From Macrostomum hystrix (Eukaryota; Animalia; Platyhelminthes), in the NCBI GenBank assembly GCA_950097015.1, contig CATNEN010000025.1:1736001-1800000 (forward strand): 64,000 nucleotides of DNA. Reading direction: 5' to 3'. The stretch's first letter is position 1. Each line of letters opens with the position of its first letter. Position numbers and translations under genes: made by a program. Of this stretch, positions 1 to 12,244 are shown piece after piece. The notes under the pieces were generated by a model, which saw only the letters and a program-made list of their open reading frames with translations, did not search any database and was not told the DNA's origin.

Positions 1-399
1 TTAGCCGGCTGTGCAACTTAGTTTTTGCTCTCATTTGTGACTTAGTTCGTTTCATTGCTCTATATACGACTTAGTTTGCTCTCATTTGCTTTCTTTTTCT
101 CTCCCCTTTTTCCTTTTCTTCACGCCTTCCTTTTTTGTCCCTTGGTCCCCCCTTTGATTTTTTTGCCCTTGGTCAATTGGTTTTTGCAACTTACCTTGCT
201 TGGCCCTTGTTTCACCAGGCCAGTTCGGCCAGGTCGGCCGGGTGTTGCGCATGTATGATGAGCTTTATTTAAAAGCAAGACTTATTCACTTTGTCTTTAT
301 TGAATACTTATAAGTTCACTCATAGTTTATTGCTTGTAAACTAAAAGTGGATAGCTATAAAAGTGGATATGCCAAAAGTGGATATCTTTGCTATGCTAA

Positions 400-1030
400 G
401 TCTATATACATTTGAAGGTTGAAGGTCTATATAGGTTGAAACTAGTTTGTACGCCAACTTGATTTACTTATACAAATGCATGCCAATAACCATTGAAGAC
501 ACTAAACTAGTTTGGTTTACAGGCCACTTTCCAAATTATAGATAGTGAAAACTTTAGCATGAAGCACACTCTATTAACAGCTTTATTGTATTAATGACAT
601 CTCAAATTGTGTTTGATTTATCAGAAAAGGTTAAATATTTCAAGTTGTCATTTTCTTAAGAAAGTTGTTATAAATAATTATCTTATCAGTGTTTTGTCTA
701 GTTGTTCACTTCAGTGCCTAAATATATGTTAGTTTTATTTCCATTATGTTGTGAAATATTAGAAAAATATCTGAAAAATACACCTTGCTCAACTGTTATA
801 ATTTTTAATTGTTTTAATAAAAAAATGTTTTTTTTATTTTTGTTAGTAGCTCTTTGCTTTTCCATAGACATTATACGGATACCATAGTCCAGAAGGTAGA
901 CTGTATGCTGAACTAGTTAGGCATACATTTGGGTCTTCAATGGCTGTTAGCATACACTTGTCATACATTCAAACATGTAAATCAAGTTTGGCATACAAAT
1001 GAGTTTAACCTGTCATGTATAGACATATAA
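400..1030. mobile_element. Degenerate inverted-repeat element (possible old MITE)
   Basis: About 440-510 (TTTGTACGCCAACTTGATTTAC...CCATTGAAGAC) is the imperfect reverse complement of about 913-1005 (GTCTTCAATGG...GTAAATCAAGTTTGGCATACAAA); AT-rich interior; no TSD identified. Confidence 0.4.
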
Positions 1031-4000
1031 TATAGCAATCTACTTGGAATATGCTAACACCAAGTTGCAAGTTACCTTATATGTGACAATTCAATAAAAT
1101 AAATAAATCTTGTAAAATCATTTTTGCTTTTAAACTGGCTCTGTAAAGATCTCTTTTACTTTAACTTTTCTTTTGTTTTGAATTGGTGTACAGGCATACA
1201 CTTAGCAGAAATTTTGGGAGTTGCATACAAAAAAGGTAATTTTATTTTGGTATACACAATGCCATGATATGGTCTATGGTACAGAGACAACATTACTTAG
1301 ACATATTTTTAATCTATTTTAGTCTGATGTGCAACAAATTAGCAGTAAAGACTGTTAAATAAAAACAAATGTTGTATTTTGAACTTCTAAGAATATTTAT
1401 TTATAAAATATGTTTGTAAGAAACCTAATAGCAAAAGTAGTTTGCACATTAATTTTAATTTTTGGTGAGTGAATGTTTTTCGATAGTAATGTGTTGGTCC
1501 AAATATGGAAAAGAAAAGAAATTCAAACATTTTTGCTACTGAAACTAATTCCTAAAATAAATACTAGGATTATTGCCTCATTTGTTGAATAGTCAGTTAT
1601 CCTCTAACTTCTTCAACCTTTGTCCTAAAGAAATTGAAAATAAACAGCCCATGAAAATACAAGATCTGATAGTTATCTGGCCTGGACATCTTTCCAGGCC
1701 AGAACATGGCACCCCTGGGGAAACATTAGAAATTACTTCTTTAAACAATCCTAAGAATCTCTTTTAAAAGAGATTTCTCTACTTGGGCTGTCTAACAGAA
1801 GCTGGTCTAAAATCCCCAAGATTTCCTATGGTTGTTAGTATATAAAGTAATTTGTATTTTACAAGGAAATTCTCAGCCATCTTAATTTATTAGATATCAG
1901 TGTCTTTTCTTTTAAAGAAGTATAAAAACTAGGTTTAAGCTATTGACAATGGGTTAAAAAAGACGAAACTGTTTTATGATGTGGAGTGTGCTGCGGGAAT
2001 CGAGTGGGAATGAGAGCCAGCAGAATTTTTCATTTTTTTAGTATCCAATAATTGCGACCCACATAGCAGCTGGCCACAAACAAGATCATTAATCTTAGGG
2101 CCGGGTTTGGGGCGGCGGTGAATTGAGTAGCCGTCGAATCCCTTTTCCCTGGATCTGTCTAGACCCCTGTAGGAATGACTGATCGCGGCCATAACTTTTA
2201 TGGTATGAGTTGTTTAGGTCATAATTCCCCTCCAAACCGCGATCAGATATCGGGAATCACTCGGGCGTTATGAGTGATCATTAATTCTTCATGTCCCCAC
2301 TTCTTTACAGTATTCGAGCCCAGCTCGACTTTATGACCTTCCTCCTTTTAGATACATGTAAATGTCACTGTAGGCAGGTCGGCGCCTGCGCTTCCCATTG
2401 TCCCGGCGGAGTAACAATCATTGGCCGTCTGCCGGCGGCTGCTCTCGGAGAGCATCTGTCGTTTCCCGCCGTCGGTTCATTGGGTAATCGGGGCGGCTCA
2501 TCGCCGCTTCGACTCCCCGTTGACAGGCTGGCGTGAATGCGGGCTGTTTTGATGGATGTCGGGGTTGGCGTGCTGCAAGACTATTTAAGCAAGCGCGCCG
2601 CGCTGCTCCCTCTAGGACCTCGACCTTCCCGGCGGACTATCTCCGACCTTCTTCTCCCCCGCCGGACTTACCTTTGCCGGGCCGGACTCCCACCGGACCC
2701 AGGACACTTACTCCGGACCCAATTCCCCCACATAGGGCTTAGACCCTAGAGCTATAAGCTCAGACCAGCGCTCACAGGCCCATTGCCTGCTCCCATCCCC
2801 CTTGTAGCGACAGCCACCTCTTAGGTGAGCCCTCTAATTGAGCCTTTGAGCTCCTGGTGTGTTGGCCCCTGCCAGCATCGCAATAAGCTTTCCCTTCTCC
2901 GTCCTCGCTAATCTTGCCCGTCCCACCCCCGAGAACTACGGGATTGCAGCACGCGGCCGATCGACCTCCGGATAAGTAACCCGCGCAGCGGTTTCTAATT
3001 GCTAATCCTAAGGGACTACTCATTAAGTTAGGCGGCACTTTAGTGGGCAAGGGTTAGGACCTGTGGCTTAATAAACGTTACCACTCTAGCCAATCAACTT
3101 TACTTTAGGCCAATTTAAAGCACAATTTAAATCCCCTCATTCTGTGTCCGCCTCCATGTTTTATTTATCCGTTAGACAGCCCTCCGAGATGAGTGGCTAA
3201 TCTCCTAGGGGGTGGGCTCTGGTGATGCCGAGCTGAAGGCTGCGGTAGGAAGGCAACTGTACGTGCGCATAAGAGTAATAGGGAGCTAGGGGTTCGCGGG
3301 CAGATGCGGAGCGTAGCATGTGCACCTCTGCCCGGGTGTGGGGGATTCCTTGGCGGGCTTTCCTCTCTTCCCGGCAGATCAAAGGGGTACGTGCCAAACT
3401 CCCTTGCCAATGGAGTTCCCCTTCTTTTCCCCCTCCTCTCGCAACTGCCGCCACAGGGGCGGGAGCGAGGTTTAAGTAATCAGCGCTTGCGTAATCACTT
3501 AGCCAGTGTTCTGCTTAATCTCTCCAGCCTCTGATTTCCTCAACTCACACAGATTCGGTTTGTTAGTTGCTTAATGTGTAGTCTGCAGTCTAATGTATAG
3601 AATGTGTCTGATGCCTTATGAGTAGGATTCCGGCTATGGATTCTCATTCGAGTTCTTAGTACCACCTTTCTAGACCCCTGTAGCGTGAATTCAGGAATCC
3701 CCTTTTGAGGCGTGTCTCGATCCATTCTGGGGCTCTCACCCCAGTCTAAAACGGAAGTTGCAGAATGCCCTATTTTTCGGCTTGTCTAGATCTGCGTGAT
3801 AAACTAGGAGCTGTGTACTCCGGGGACCCAAGTTCCCAAATGCCTGCGGTGGCAACGTAGGCGCATTGGGTGGTGGCGCTACCCTCGATCAACTATCCGC
3901 TTTGCCGATAGCCGTTCCGCAGTTCTGTGACAGGAGCCTAGGCCGATTCGACCACCGCTACCAAGGTTAGGAGTCAGTTGCGCACGCACTACTGGCGACA

Positions 4001-4544
4001 GTAGACTAGTTAGCCCTGTCCTGTCCGATTCCGGGCAGTCCGACACCTCTCCTTAGACTTTTAGCCGGTTTCGAGCACTGCTTGGGGTAGGCACGGCAGT
4101 CATGCCTGTGGCCTATGGGACGAGTGGGACTGGCCAGCCTGAGGCCGATAGGACCACTCCCTGCATCCGCTGAACCTCCTTCTCTCTCTCCCTTCATCTC
4201 CTCTCTCTCTCCGCGGCATTCCGCGTGTAGCTAGGCGGATATTTAAGTCGACTCTGTCGCCCGCCTTAGGCCGGAGTCTTCTCTCAAGAGGGCAGGTCAG
4301 CGCTTGCAAAACACCTATCCATTTCATTTATAAATATGCACAAATAGAATTGTAAGTATGTGATGTCATATATTTAAATTTAAGCAGCAGCAATGAGCAA
4401 TAGCAATTTCAAAACAGACTTTGCACTTACCCTGAGCTTAATAGAAGTTGACAATTTACATTTACAGAATAAAAAATTCTAAAGAACAAAGTATTTTCAT
4501 ATACTAGTCTTTTCTAAAAAATAGTAACTTTTTTAGTTTCAGCC

Positions 4545-6515
4545 ATGCAGACTATGGAGAACCCACCTGTTTTTAAATTGATAGAAAGCCTACAAGAGAG
4601 GCTGTCCTATGTTGAAAACAAAGCAGACTTTGACAGACATTTGCAGGTAAGATATGCCACTATCATTAGATATACAAAATAATATTTCTTTAATTTCTAA
4701 ATTTTATCCTAACTCCCCTCCTACCAATCAAAAATCGCTTCCTTGTTCTGCATATATCACCTACACCTGCCTATAATGCTCTCATTAAGTGCAGCAAACA
4801 AATTTTAATGCCATAAAAATCCAATGGATCAAATTATACAGGAAGCCTCTGAATGGGCTTTGAAGAATCCCACTGGATTTCTACAGATGGACCAGCTAAT
4901 GAATCCAGCATTCCTATTTGACCTACAACAGCGACTACAGAAGCTAAATAGGACCGCTGGCGCCCTAGCGGAGGTCTTGGAGTCTGCGTCCTTTTCTAGT
5001 GTCATGCCGCCTTTACGCCCTGGTCATCTTTCCCTAGTTAGCCACGCCATCGCTGTCAGGGTGACTAAAAACAAACGAAAGCTTATCGAAAAGCTTTTTA
5101 CCTTGCTTCGTGACAGTAATTTAGCTAGTCGATACGGTCCTGTTAAACATCTCCAACGTTCCACACTTAAAAAGGCAACTGTGAATGTGACTTTCACTTG
5201 TCGGGACGATGCGACAGCCGCGTTGGCTGGAATCAACGGTTTGGCGCCTTCTGACAGCGATGTGGGCGTCAAACTCACTGCTGAATGGGTGATTAGTGGC
5301 AATAGGCATTTGACATTGTCCTGCGGCATTTGGGTTCCCAGTATTGGCTGCACCTACGTTCCGTATTCTAGGCTTCCAGGCCCGCTGAAGAGCATTGGCA
5401 AACTGCTATGCAGTAAGTTTATTTCACGTGTTTTCTCTTCTTGTACAAGTGATTTCTTTGTTAAATCAAATTTCATTATGACTATTCCCACAGACTCCTA
5501 CGTGGATCCCAGATCTATTAATGATCGCCAAGTGTCAAATCAATTAAACCTAGCAGCAAAATGTTTCCCTAGTTTACAGGCTTGTCAAGCTGGTGTAAGC
5601 CAAAGTACACTTGAAAAAAGAACACCTAAATTGGTGGCACCGGTAGACAATGCGGCTAAATCAATTGCATCATCTTCTGCTCGACTATCATCGACATCAG
5701 AATCTGTCGTAAAATCAGCTAAGGTACATACTTCTACCTCAACGGAAATGTCAGAATCTGTCTCTGCATCAGCGCTGAATTCAGATAATAGTGCAAAAAG
5801 CCCGAGAAAAGATCCTGTTAGGCCGGTAGCAGCCGCTTCTGCGACAAATACAGCGCAGCCGAAGCAGAAACTTTCAGCGTTGTCAGCAGCAATGGACTCA
5901 GCATCATTAACATCTGAGCCAACATCCTCGGTTGCCGTCACTAAAGGGTCACTTAACTCTTGCACAGCCGCATCTAATAATTTGAAAAGAAGACAAGAAA
6001 CTTCTGATCCAACATCTCCACCAACAAAGCAAATCTTGTTTTCAACTACGACGCTATCAACTTGCTTAACTTCCACAAATCCCGTCTCGGCCTTAGAATC
6101 AGAAAATCGGACAAAACTACAGTTAACAACAAATGCTACGCCTATGTCAGCACACTCTGTTCCGGCTGCTAGTCAACTAGTTCTGCCAACAGTATTGTCG
6201 ACTCCGAAGCCTCCTCAGCAACCTTTCTTGCTGCCGTCGACACCACAAGCGCAGCCGAAGCCACCTCCACCACGAGCGCAGCCGAAGCCACCTCCACCAC
6301 GAGCGCAACCGATGCCGCCTCCACCACGAGCGCAACCGATGCCGCCTCCACCACGAGCGCAGCCGCCGCCGCTAATGGGATCATTTCCCTATCGGCCTCG
6401 TAAATGGCTGTCACAGAACTTAATCAGCGCTTGGCGACAGCCTTCTATGCCGCCTCCGCCGCGACCTTCTCCGTATTACTGGTCCGGACCAAACTATCCG
6501 TCGCGTAATTTTTAG
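4545..6515 (+). CDS. Orphan protein A (564 aa): coiled-coil + RRM-like domain + Ser/Thr/Ala-rich and Pro-rich tail
   Basis: Exons 4545-4646, 4842-5412, 5494-6515 (1695 nt, all GT-AG, phases 0 and 1). Both intron positions and phases are shared with paralogue B. Motif RYGPV...VNVTFTCRDDATAALAGINGL...KLTAEW is RRM-like (inference). A 5' UTR intron is likely at 4352-4542. Confidence 0.8.
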
Positions 6516-7461
6516 AAGACGTCGCTGATTTAATTAGTAAAATTTTATGAAGCAACACTGGGGAAGTGGGTTATTGGCGTTTCAGAGAAGCTGTGAGAGC
6601 ATTTTTTTCTTGCGAGAGACGACTCAATTGAATACCTTGATTTGCCAATTTTTACCTTAAAAAATGCCTTTAGTGTCGCGCGACACTAAATACTAGTGTG
6701 TCAACTATTCAAGTTCATTTTGTTGTTAACAGAAAGTTTTTTTATTTCATTTTTACGTATGCATACAATTTTATACAGTGATAATTCAGATTAGTTTTTT
6801 TGTTTTATACACGCTCGCTGTTCAGTTGTTTGTCATGACCCTGTCCTATATTGTGCTGGATTTGTATTGTTGTTTTTTTAACTATTCGTGTGGATAAAAC
6901 TACGAATATTTATGTAAAAACAAACTTAATATGTTGAATGTTCTACGTGTATGTATCAAAAAAATCTCTTAAATTGATTGCCTGCTTTTAAAATATGGTG
7001 TAATTTTTGCTTTGAATGATAAGCAGATTTCGGATTGTGTTGTATTGTTGAAATATTAGATTTTCGCATCGTAGCATAAGCTTATTTGAATGCCTCAATA
7101 TAGGCTATATTGTGTGTGCCTAAGCCAAGTACGTACCATTGATTTGCTATTCGTCGTTTGCTAAAATATTCTGTACGATTTTTTCCGGTAAAATTCGATA
7201 AAATTGTTGATCAAACAGCGCTTGATCAAACAGATGAAATAACAAAGCACAAAGCCAATCCATTCGTTAGTTGTCTATTAACTGATTTTCCTGCCGATTT
7301 TGTTCCAGTTTGCTAAGTACTCGTATATTAGCTTCCTTTCAAGCCTACAGAAGGCATGCAGCTACTTTTTAAACAAGTAGTCAGGTTTTAATGCATTTGT
7401 AATCTAAACTGTGTATTTTCAATACCTGAGACTATTACCAAACGAACTTTCAGCCGGTCAA

Positions 7462-10400
7462 ATGACTACAGATGTCTGCGTTATTAAAGTGATTCAAGAT
7501 CTACAGGACAAGCTAAGCAGTTCGCGAAACGCTCTAGAATTGCGACACTATTTTGTTGTAAGTAAAATTTGTATTAAGAATTTTATAGTGGAAACTGCAG
7601 TCTAGAATAGGAGTATATTTTTCTGGCATTGAAAATATTGATCATTTGAGACTGACAGCAGCATGCTTTGAAGAATACAGCACGAGTATTACACACTACC
7701 AGTTCTGTGTTCCTCAATACCAGTTCTGTATTCCTCAATACCCGTGCTGTATTCCTCAATACCCGTGCTGTATTCCTCAATACCCGCGCTGTATTCCTCA
7801 ATACCCGTGCTGTATTCCTTAATACCCGTGCTGTATTCCTCAATACCCGTGCTGTGTTCCTCAATACCCGTGCTGTATTCCTCAATGCCCGTGCTGTATT
7901 CCTCAATGCCCGTGCTGTATTCCTCAATGCCCGTGCTGTATTCCTCAATGCCCGTGCTGTATTCCTCAATACCAGTGCTGTATTCCTCAATACTACTCGT
8001 GCTGTAATCCCTAATACCCGTGCTGTATTCCTCAATACCAGTGCTGTATTCCTCAATACCCGTGCTGTATTCCTCAATGCCCGTGCTGTATTCCTCAATA
8101 CCAGTGCTGTATTCCTCAATGACCGTGCTGTATTCCTCAATGCCCGTGCTGTATTCCTCAATGCCCGTGCTGTATTCCTCAATACCAGTGCTGTATTCCT
8201 CAATGCCCGTGCTGTATTCCCTGGTACCCCCAATAAAGCACGGGTGTTTTATGATGTCACAGATATTGGCTTGGCTATCGCTCTATTTTTGTAAAAGTGC
8301 GCACATGTTCGATATATTGTTTTTCCTATTTGAACAGGAAATAAGAGAATTGGTGTCGAAAAATCCAAACGACAGGCTGCTGAGCGCTGAGGATGAGAAA
8401 AATTCGCATTTACTTGCTGACCTGCAGCGGCGGCTTGAGACGCTTAAACGAACCGCATTTAGTGTCGAGTTAGGTTTTGAGCACGCCCCTACGCCAGAAT
8501 TTATTAAGGCCTCAATTGACGCCATGCCGCCATTGCGAAGAGGTCACGTGTCCTTCGTCAGCAGGGCCATAGCAATCAAGGTGGCTAGTTCTCAGACTAA
8601 GTCGCTGCCACCTGATTTGCTAGTCTCGCTGCGTAACGGCAATCTAGCCACACGCTACGGTCCCGTTGTGAAATTGTATCTATGCAACGGCAGTCGACCA
8701 TCTGTGCATGTTGTCTTCAGTAATCGGTCTAACGCTGCGGCCGCTCTATCCGGCATTAACAACCTGCCCCTCGAGAACAGATATGTCAGCCGAGCCACCA
8801 AACTCACCGCCCAATGGGTAATCAGCGGCAATTTGGATTTTACGCTGTCCTGCGGCGACTGGGTTTCGGAAGTTGGCTGCACCTATGTTTCCTGTATGAA
8901 TCTTCCGAATAATGAGCATGAACTGATTAAATTATTGATTAGTAAGTATTTTTTTTATATTTGTTCATAGCGTGTGTTGTTTTTATAAAATAGTTTTGAT
9001 CTTGTTTTTGATCTGTCGCTGTGAGTTTCCAAATGGAGGCTTACATATTCAGAAAGCACAGCTCGCTTCACGAATCTCCACCCGTAGTAGTAGACTTAAA
9101 GTAGAGTTTTTTACATACGGACTCACAATTCCGAGGAGTATCAACATAATTAGTTAATAACAGCTCGAGCATAATATCTTTATGAAAGTTTCATTCATTA
9201 GTTAGAAGCTTCAGTAAGCCTTATTAGCGCTCGTAATTGTCGCTCCTCTACCTCGACTATCTAAAATATACTCTTTAATTAATCCGCCCACAGACACGCA
9301 TGTCGATTATAGTTCAATAACTGACGTGCGAGTTTCGCAACGAATAAAATCTGCTGCTGCAGCGCTGGAAAACAAAAAAAGCGATTTGACTTTTGCAAAA
9401 TTTTTAATTGGTCTACAATCTAAGAACTTAATTGAACTAACTATTGACACCATGCAAGCTACTGCACCATCTAAGCGATCATCTGCCGATTGGACCGAGA
9501 GTTCATCATCATCTGCAAAGCAAGCAAGGTATAAAAACATAGGGACTTCGGCTTCAAAGTCTAATAAAAAAACAACTGCTCCGACAGCTTCCAATCCAAA
9601 GCAGACTGCTCCAGCTTCAAAGCCAGCAGCTTCCAATCCAAAGCAGACTCCTCCAGCTTCAAAGCCAGCAGCTTCCAATCCAAAGCAGACTCCTCCAGCT
9701 TCAAAGCCAGCAGCTTCCAATCCAAAGCAGACTCCTCCAGCTTCAAAGCCAAAGGCCACAGCTTCCAATCCGAAGCAGGCAGCTTCCAATCCAAAGCCGG
9801 AAGCTTCCAATTCAAAGCCCGCAGCTTCCAATCCAAAGCCGGAAGCTTCCAATTCAAAGCCCGCAGCTTCCAATCCAAAGCCGGAAGCTTCCAATCCAAA
9901 GCCGGAAGCTTCCAATCCAAAGCCGGAAGCTTCCAATTCAAAGCCGGCAGGTTCCAATCCAAAGCCGGAAGCTTCCAATTCAAAGCCGGCAGGTTCCAAT
10001 CCAAAGCCGGAAGCTTCCAATTCAAAGCCCGCAGCTTCCAATCCAAAGCCGGCAGGTTCCAATCCAAAGCATGTACCATTCAATCCGAAGCAAGCAACTT
10101 CCTATCCAAAACAGACAACTTCCAATGTAAATTTGGACGCTTTCGCACACAATTGGCAAACTTCCGCGTCAAACGCGTTCTGCGTCCCAGCGCCGCATTC
10201 GGGCAATCAGCCGCATTCTGGCAATCAGCCGCATTCGGGCAATCAGCCGCATTCGGGCAATCAGCCGCATTCTGGCAATCAGCCGCATTCGGGCAATCAG
10301 CCGCATTCAGGCAATCAGCCGCATTCAGGCAATCAGCCGCATTCAGGCAATCAGCCGCATTCAGGCAATCAGCCGCATTCAGGCAATCAGCCGCATTCAG

Positions 10401-10789
10401 GCAATCAGCCGCATTCAGGCAATCAGCCGCATTCAGGCAATCAGCCGCATTCAGGCAATCAGCCGCATTCAGGCAATCAGCCGCATTCAGGCAATCAGCC
10501 GCATTCAGGCAATCAGCCGCATTGGAATGCGCCTTATGCGTTCAGACCAGACGGACCGCCACATTTTTTCTTTCATCGTAATGCGTACGAGTACGACTTC
10601 TATTATCCCGCTCCTCCGTGGCATCAACATCGCTTTTATCATCCAGGCCATAATGCGTGGCACTGGCAACCTTCTTGGTTTCCATCGCAGCCGCCGCACC
10701 CGACACCGCAGTCGACGGCGCCGTCGCCACTGCCACCGGGCAATTCGGAGCCTCGTCGCGAGAATCTGCGCTTCCAGACAAAGAAATAG
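7462..10789 (+). CDS. Orphan protein B (731 aa): paralogue of A with ASNPKP and PHSGNQ repeats and an aromatic/His-rich C-terminus
   Basis: Exons 7462-7557, 8338-8941, 9294-10789 (2196 nt, GT-AG). Aligns with A: MPPLRRGHVSFVSRAIA vs MPPLRPGHLSLVSHAIA; KLTAQWVISGNLDFTLSCGDWVSEVGCTYV vs KLTAEWVISGNRHLTLSCGIWVPSIGCTYV; NTHVDYSSITDVRVS vs NSYVDPRSINDRQVS. Confidence 0.8.
7697..8222. repeat. 21-bp minisatellite (GTGCTGTATTCCTCAATACCC), about 25 units, in intron 1 of gene B
   Basis: Direct reading of the periodicity. Confidence 0.95.
9580..10080 (+). repeat. Coding tandem repeat, (ASNPKP)-type units
   Basis: Repeated GCTTCCAATCCAAAGCC within the last exon of gene B. Confidence 0.9.
10193..10516 (+). 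repeat. Coding 18-bp repeat x18 encoding (PHSGNQ)18
   Basis: CCGCATTCAGGCAATCAG; (10517-10193)/18 = 18 units. Confidence 0.95.
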
Positions 10790-11429
10790 TTGGTTTATAC
10801 AAAACGATTGTTCAGTTTCTACGCTTACCTTCATGTTGACTATGCAGGCTAAAAAGTATTTGCGTATAATCGAAAACTATAATTTATTATTTCAAGACTG
10901 GTGCTTAATTTTAGATTATTGTTTAATAATTGCCAACAATTTAAACCGAATTATCGTATCTGTTTATTTTTTCTTCACCCAAAATGTCCGTCAGCTCAGT
11001 AATGGCCCAATGTTATTTTTCAGAATTCCTTACTTCCTTTTCGTACAATTTTTGAATAATTTGCATTTAAGTTTTTTCCTGCTTACGAATAAGAACAGCT
11101 AAATCAGCAATTTTTTTCTACTCTAATTTGAATCGCCTTTGAATCTTACCATTGTTTTTTTTGTTACTCTGGTTTTTCATTTTTTGGCCTTTATCCCTTT
11201 TACTTAAGTACCAATCATCAGTTTTTTTCAGAAGTATCGATTTTATTGTTTAGTTCTTCCTGTATACGAGTATCTCAACTAATCAGGATACTTTTCTACA
11301 CTGTGCTTTTCCAAAGTTTCTATTTTCACGTCTGCTACAACTGTTTAGCTTTGTGTTCTAAAATCTATTAGATTGAAAGTAAGCTCATTCATTTGGAAAG
11401 GCAATACTTAGTTTGTTTTTTTGTTGATT

Positions 11430-12055
11430 GCTGCAGGAATGATAGGTAAGAAGGACAAAGAGTGAGTTGGCTGCGGGAACGATGAGTGATAGGGACAGGG
11501 AGTGAGGTGGCTGCAGGAACGATGGGTGAGAGGGACAGGGAGTGAGGTGGCTGCAGGAACGGTGGGTGAGAGTGACAGGGATTGAGGTGGCTGCAGGAAT
11601 GATGGGTGAGAGTGACAGGGATTGAGGTGGCTGCAGGAATGATGGGTGAGAGGGACAGGGATTGAGGTGGCTGCAGGAATGATGGGTGAGAGTGACAGGG
11701 ATTAAGGTGGCTGCAGGAATGATGGGTGAGAGTGACAGGGATTGAGGTGGCTGCAGTAATGATGGGTGAGAGGGACAGGGAGTGAGGTGGCTGCAGGAAT
11801 GATGGGTAAGAGGGACAGGGATTGAGGTGGCTGCAGGAATGATGGGTGAGAGGGACAGGGATTGAGGTGGCTGCAGGAATGATGGGTGAGAGTGAGAGGG
11901 ATTGAGGTGGCTGCAGGAATGATGGGTGAGAGGGACAGGGAGTGAGGTGGCTGCAGGAATGATGGGTGAGAGTGACCTGGAGGGAGGTGGCTGCAGGAAC
12001 GATGGGTGAGAGGGACAGAGAGTGAGGTGGCTGCAGGAGTGATGAGTGAGAGGGA
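11430..12055. repeat. 40-bp minisatellite, about 15 units
   Basis: Unit GATGGGTGAGAGGGACAGGGATTGAGGTGGCTGCAGGAAT. Confidence 0.95.
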
Positions 12056-12244
12056 CATGGAATTATCTGCAGTATTATATTGCACGACTTTACAATATGA
12101 TACTACAATAAGCAATGCTAATATATTTCCAGGCCTTCTCACTGCATACCTAATGATTGCTAACGTCTGCTGAAAGCTGGATAAATTTTAGTGCTGCTGC
12201 ACAGCTTCGTCGCATTGCTAGTGTTATTCACTTTATAAAAAGCA

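Noticed and set aside
55-4327. Short ORFs of 60-92 aa in the first 4.3 kb
   Set aside because: No recognisable motifs or consistent splice chain.
7583-8294. ORFs over the 21-bp repeat, including the N-terminal part of the 316-aa ORF
   Set aside because: Intronic; the true exon starts at 8338 by homology with gene A.
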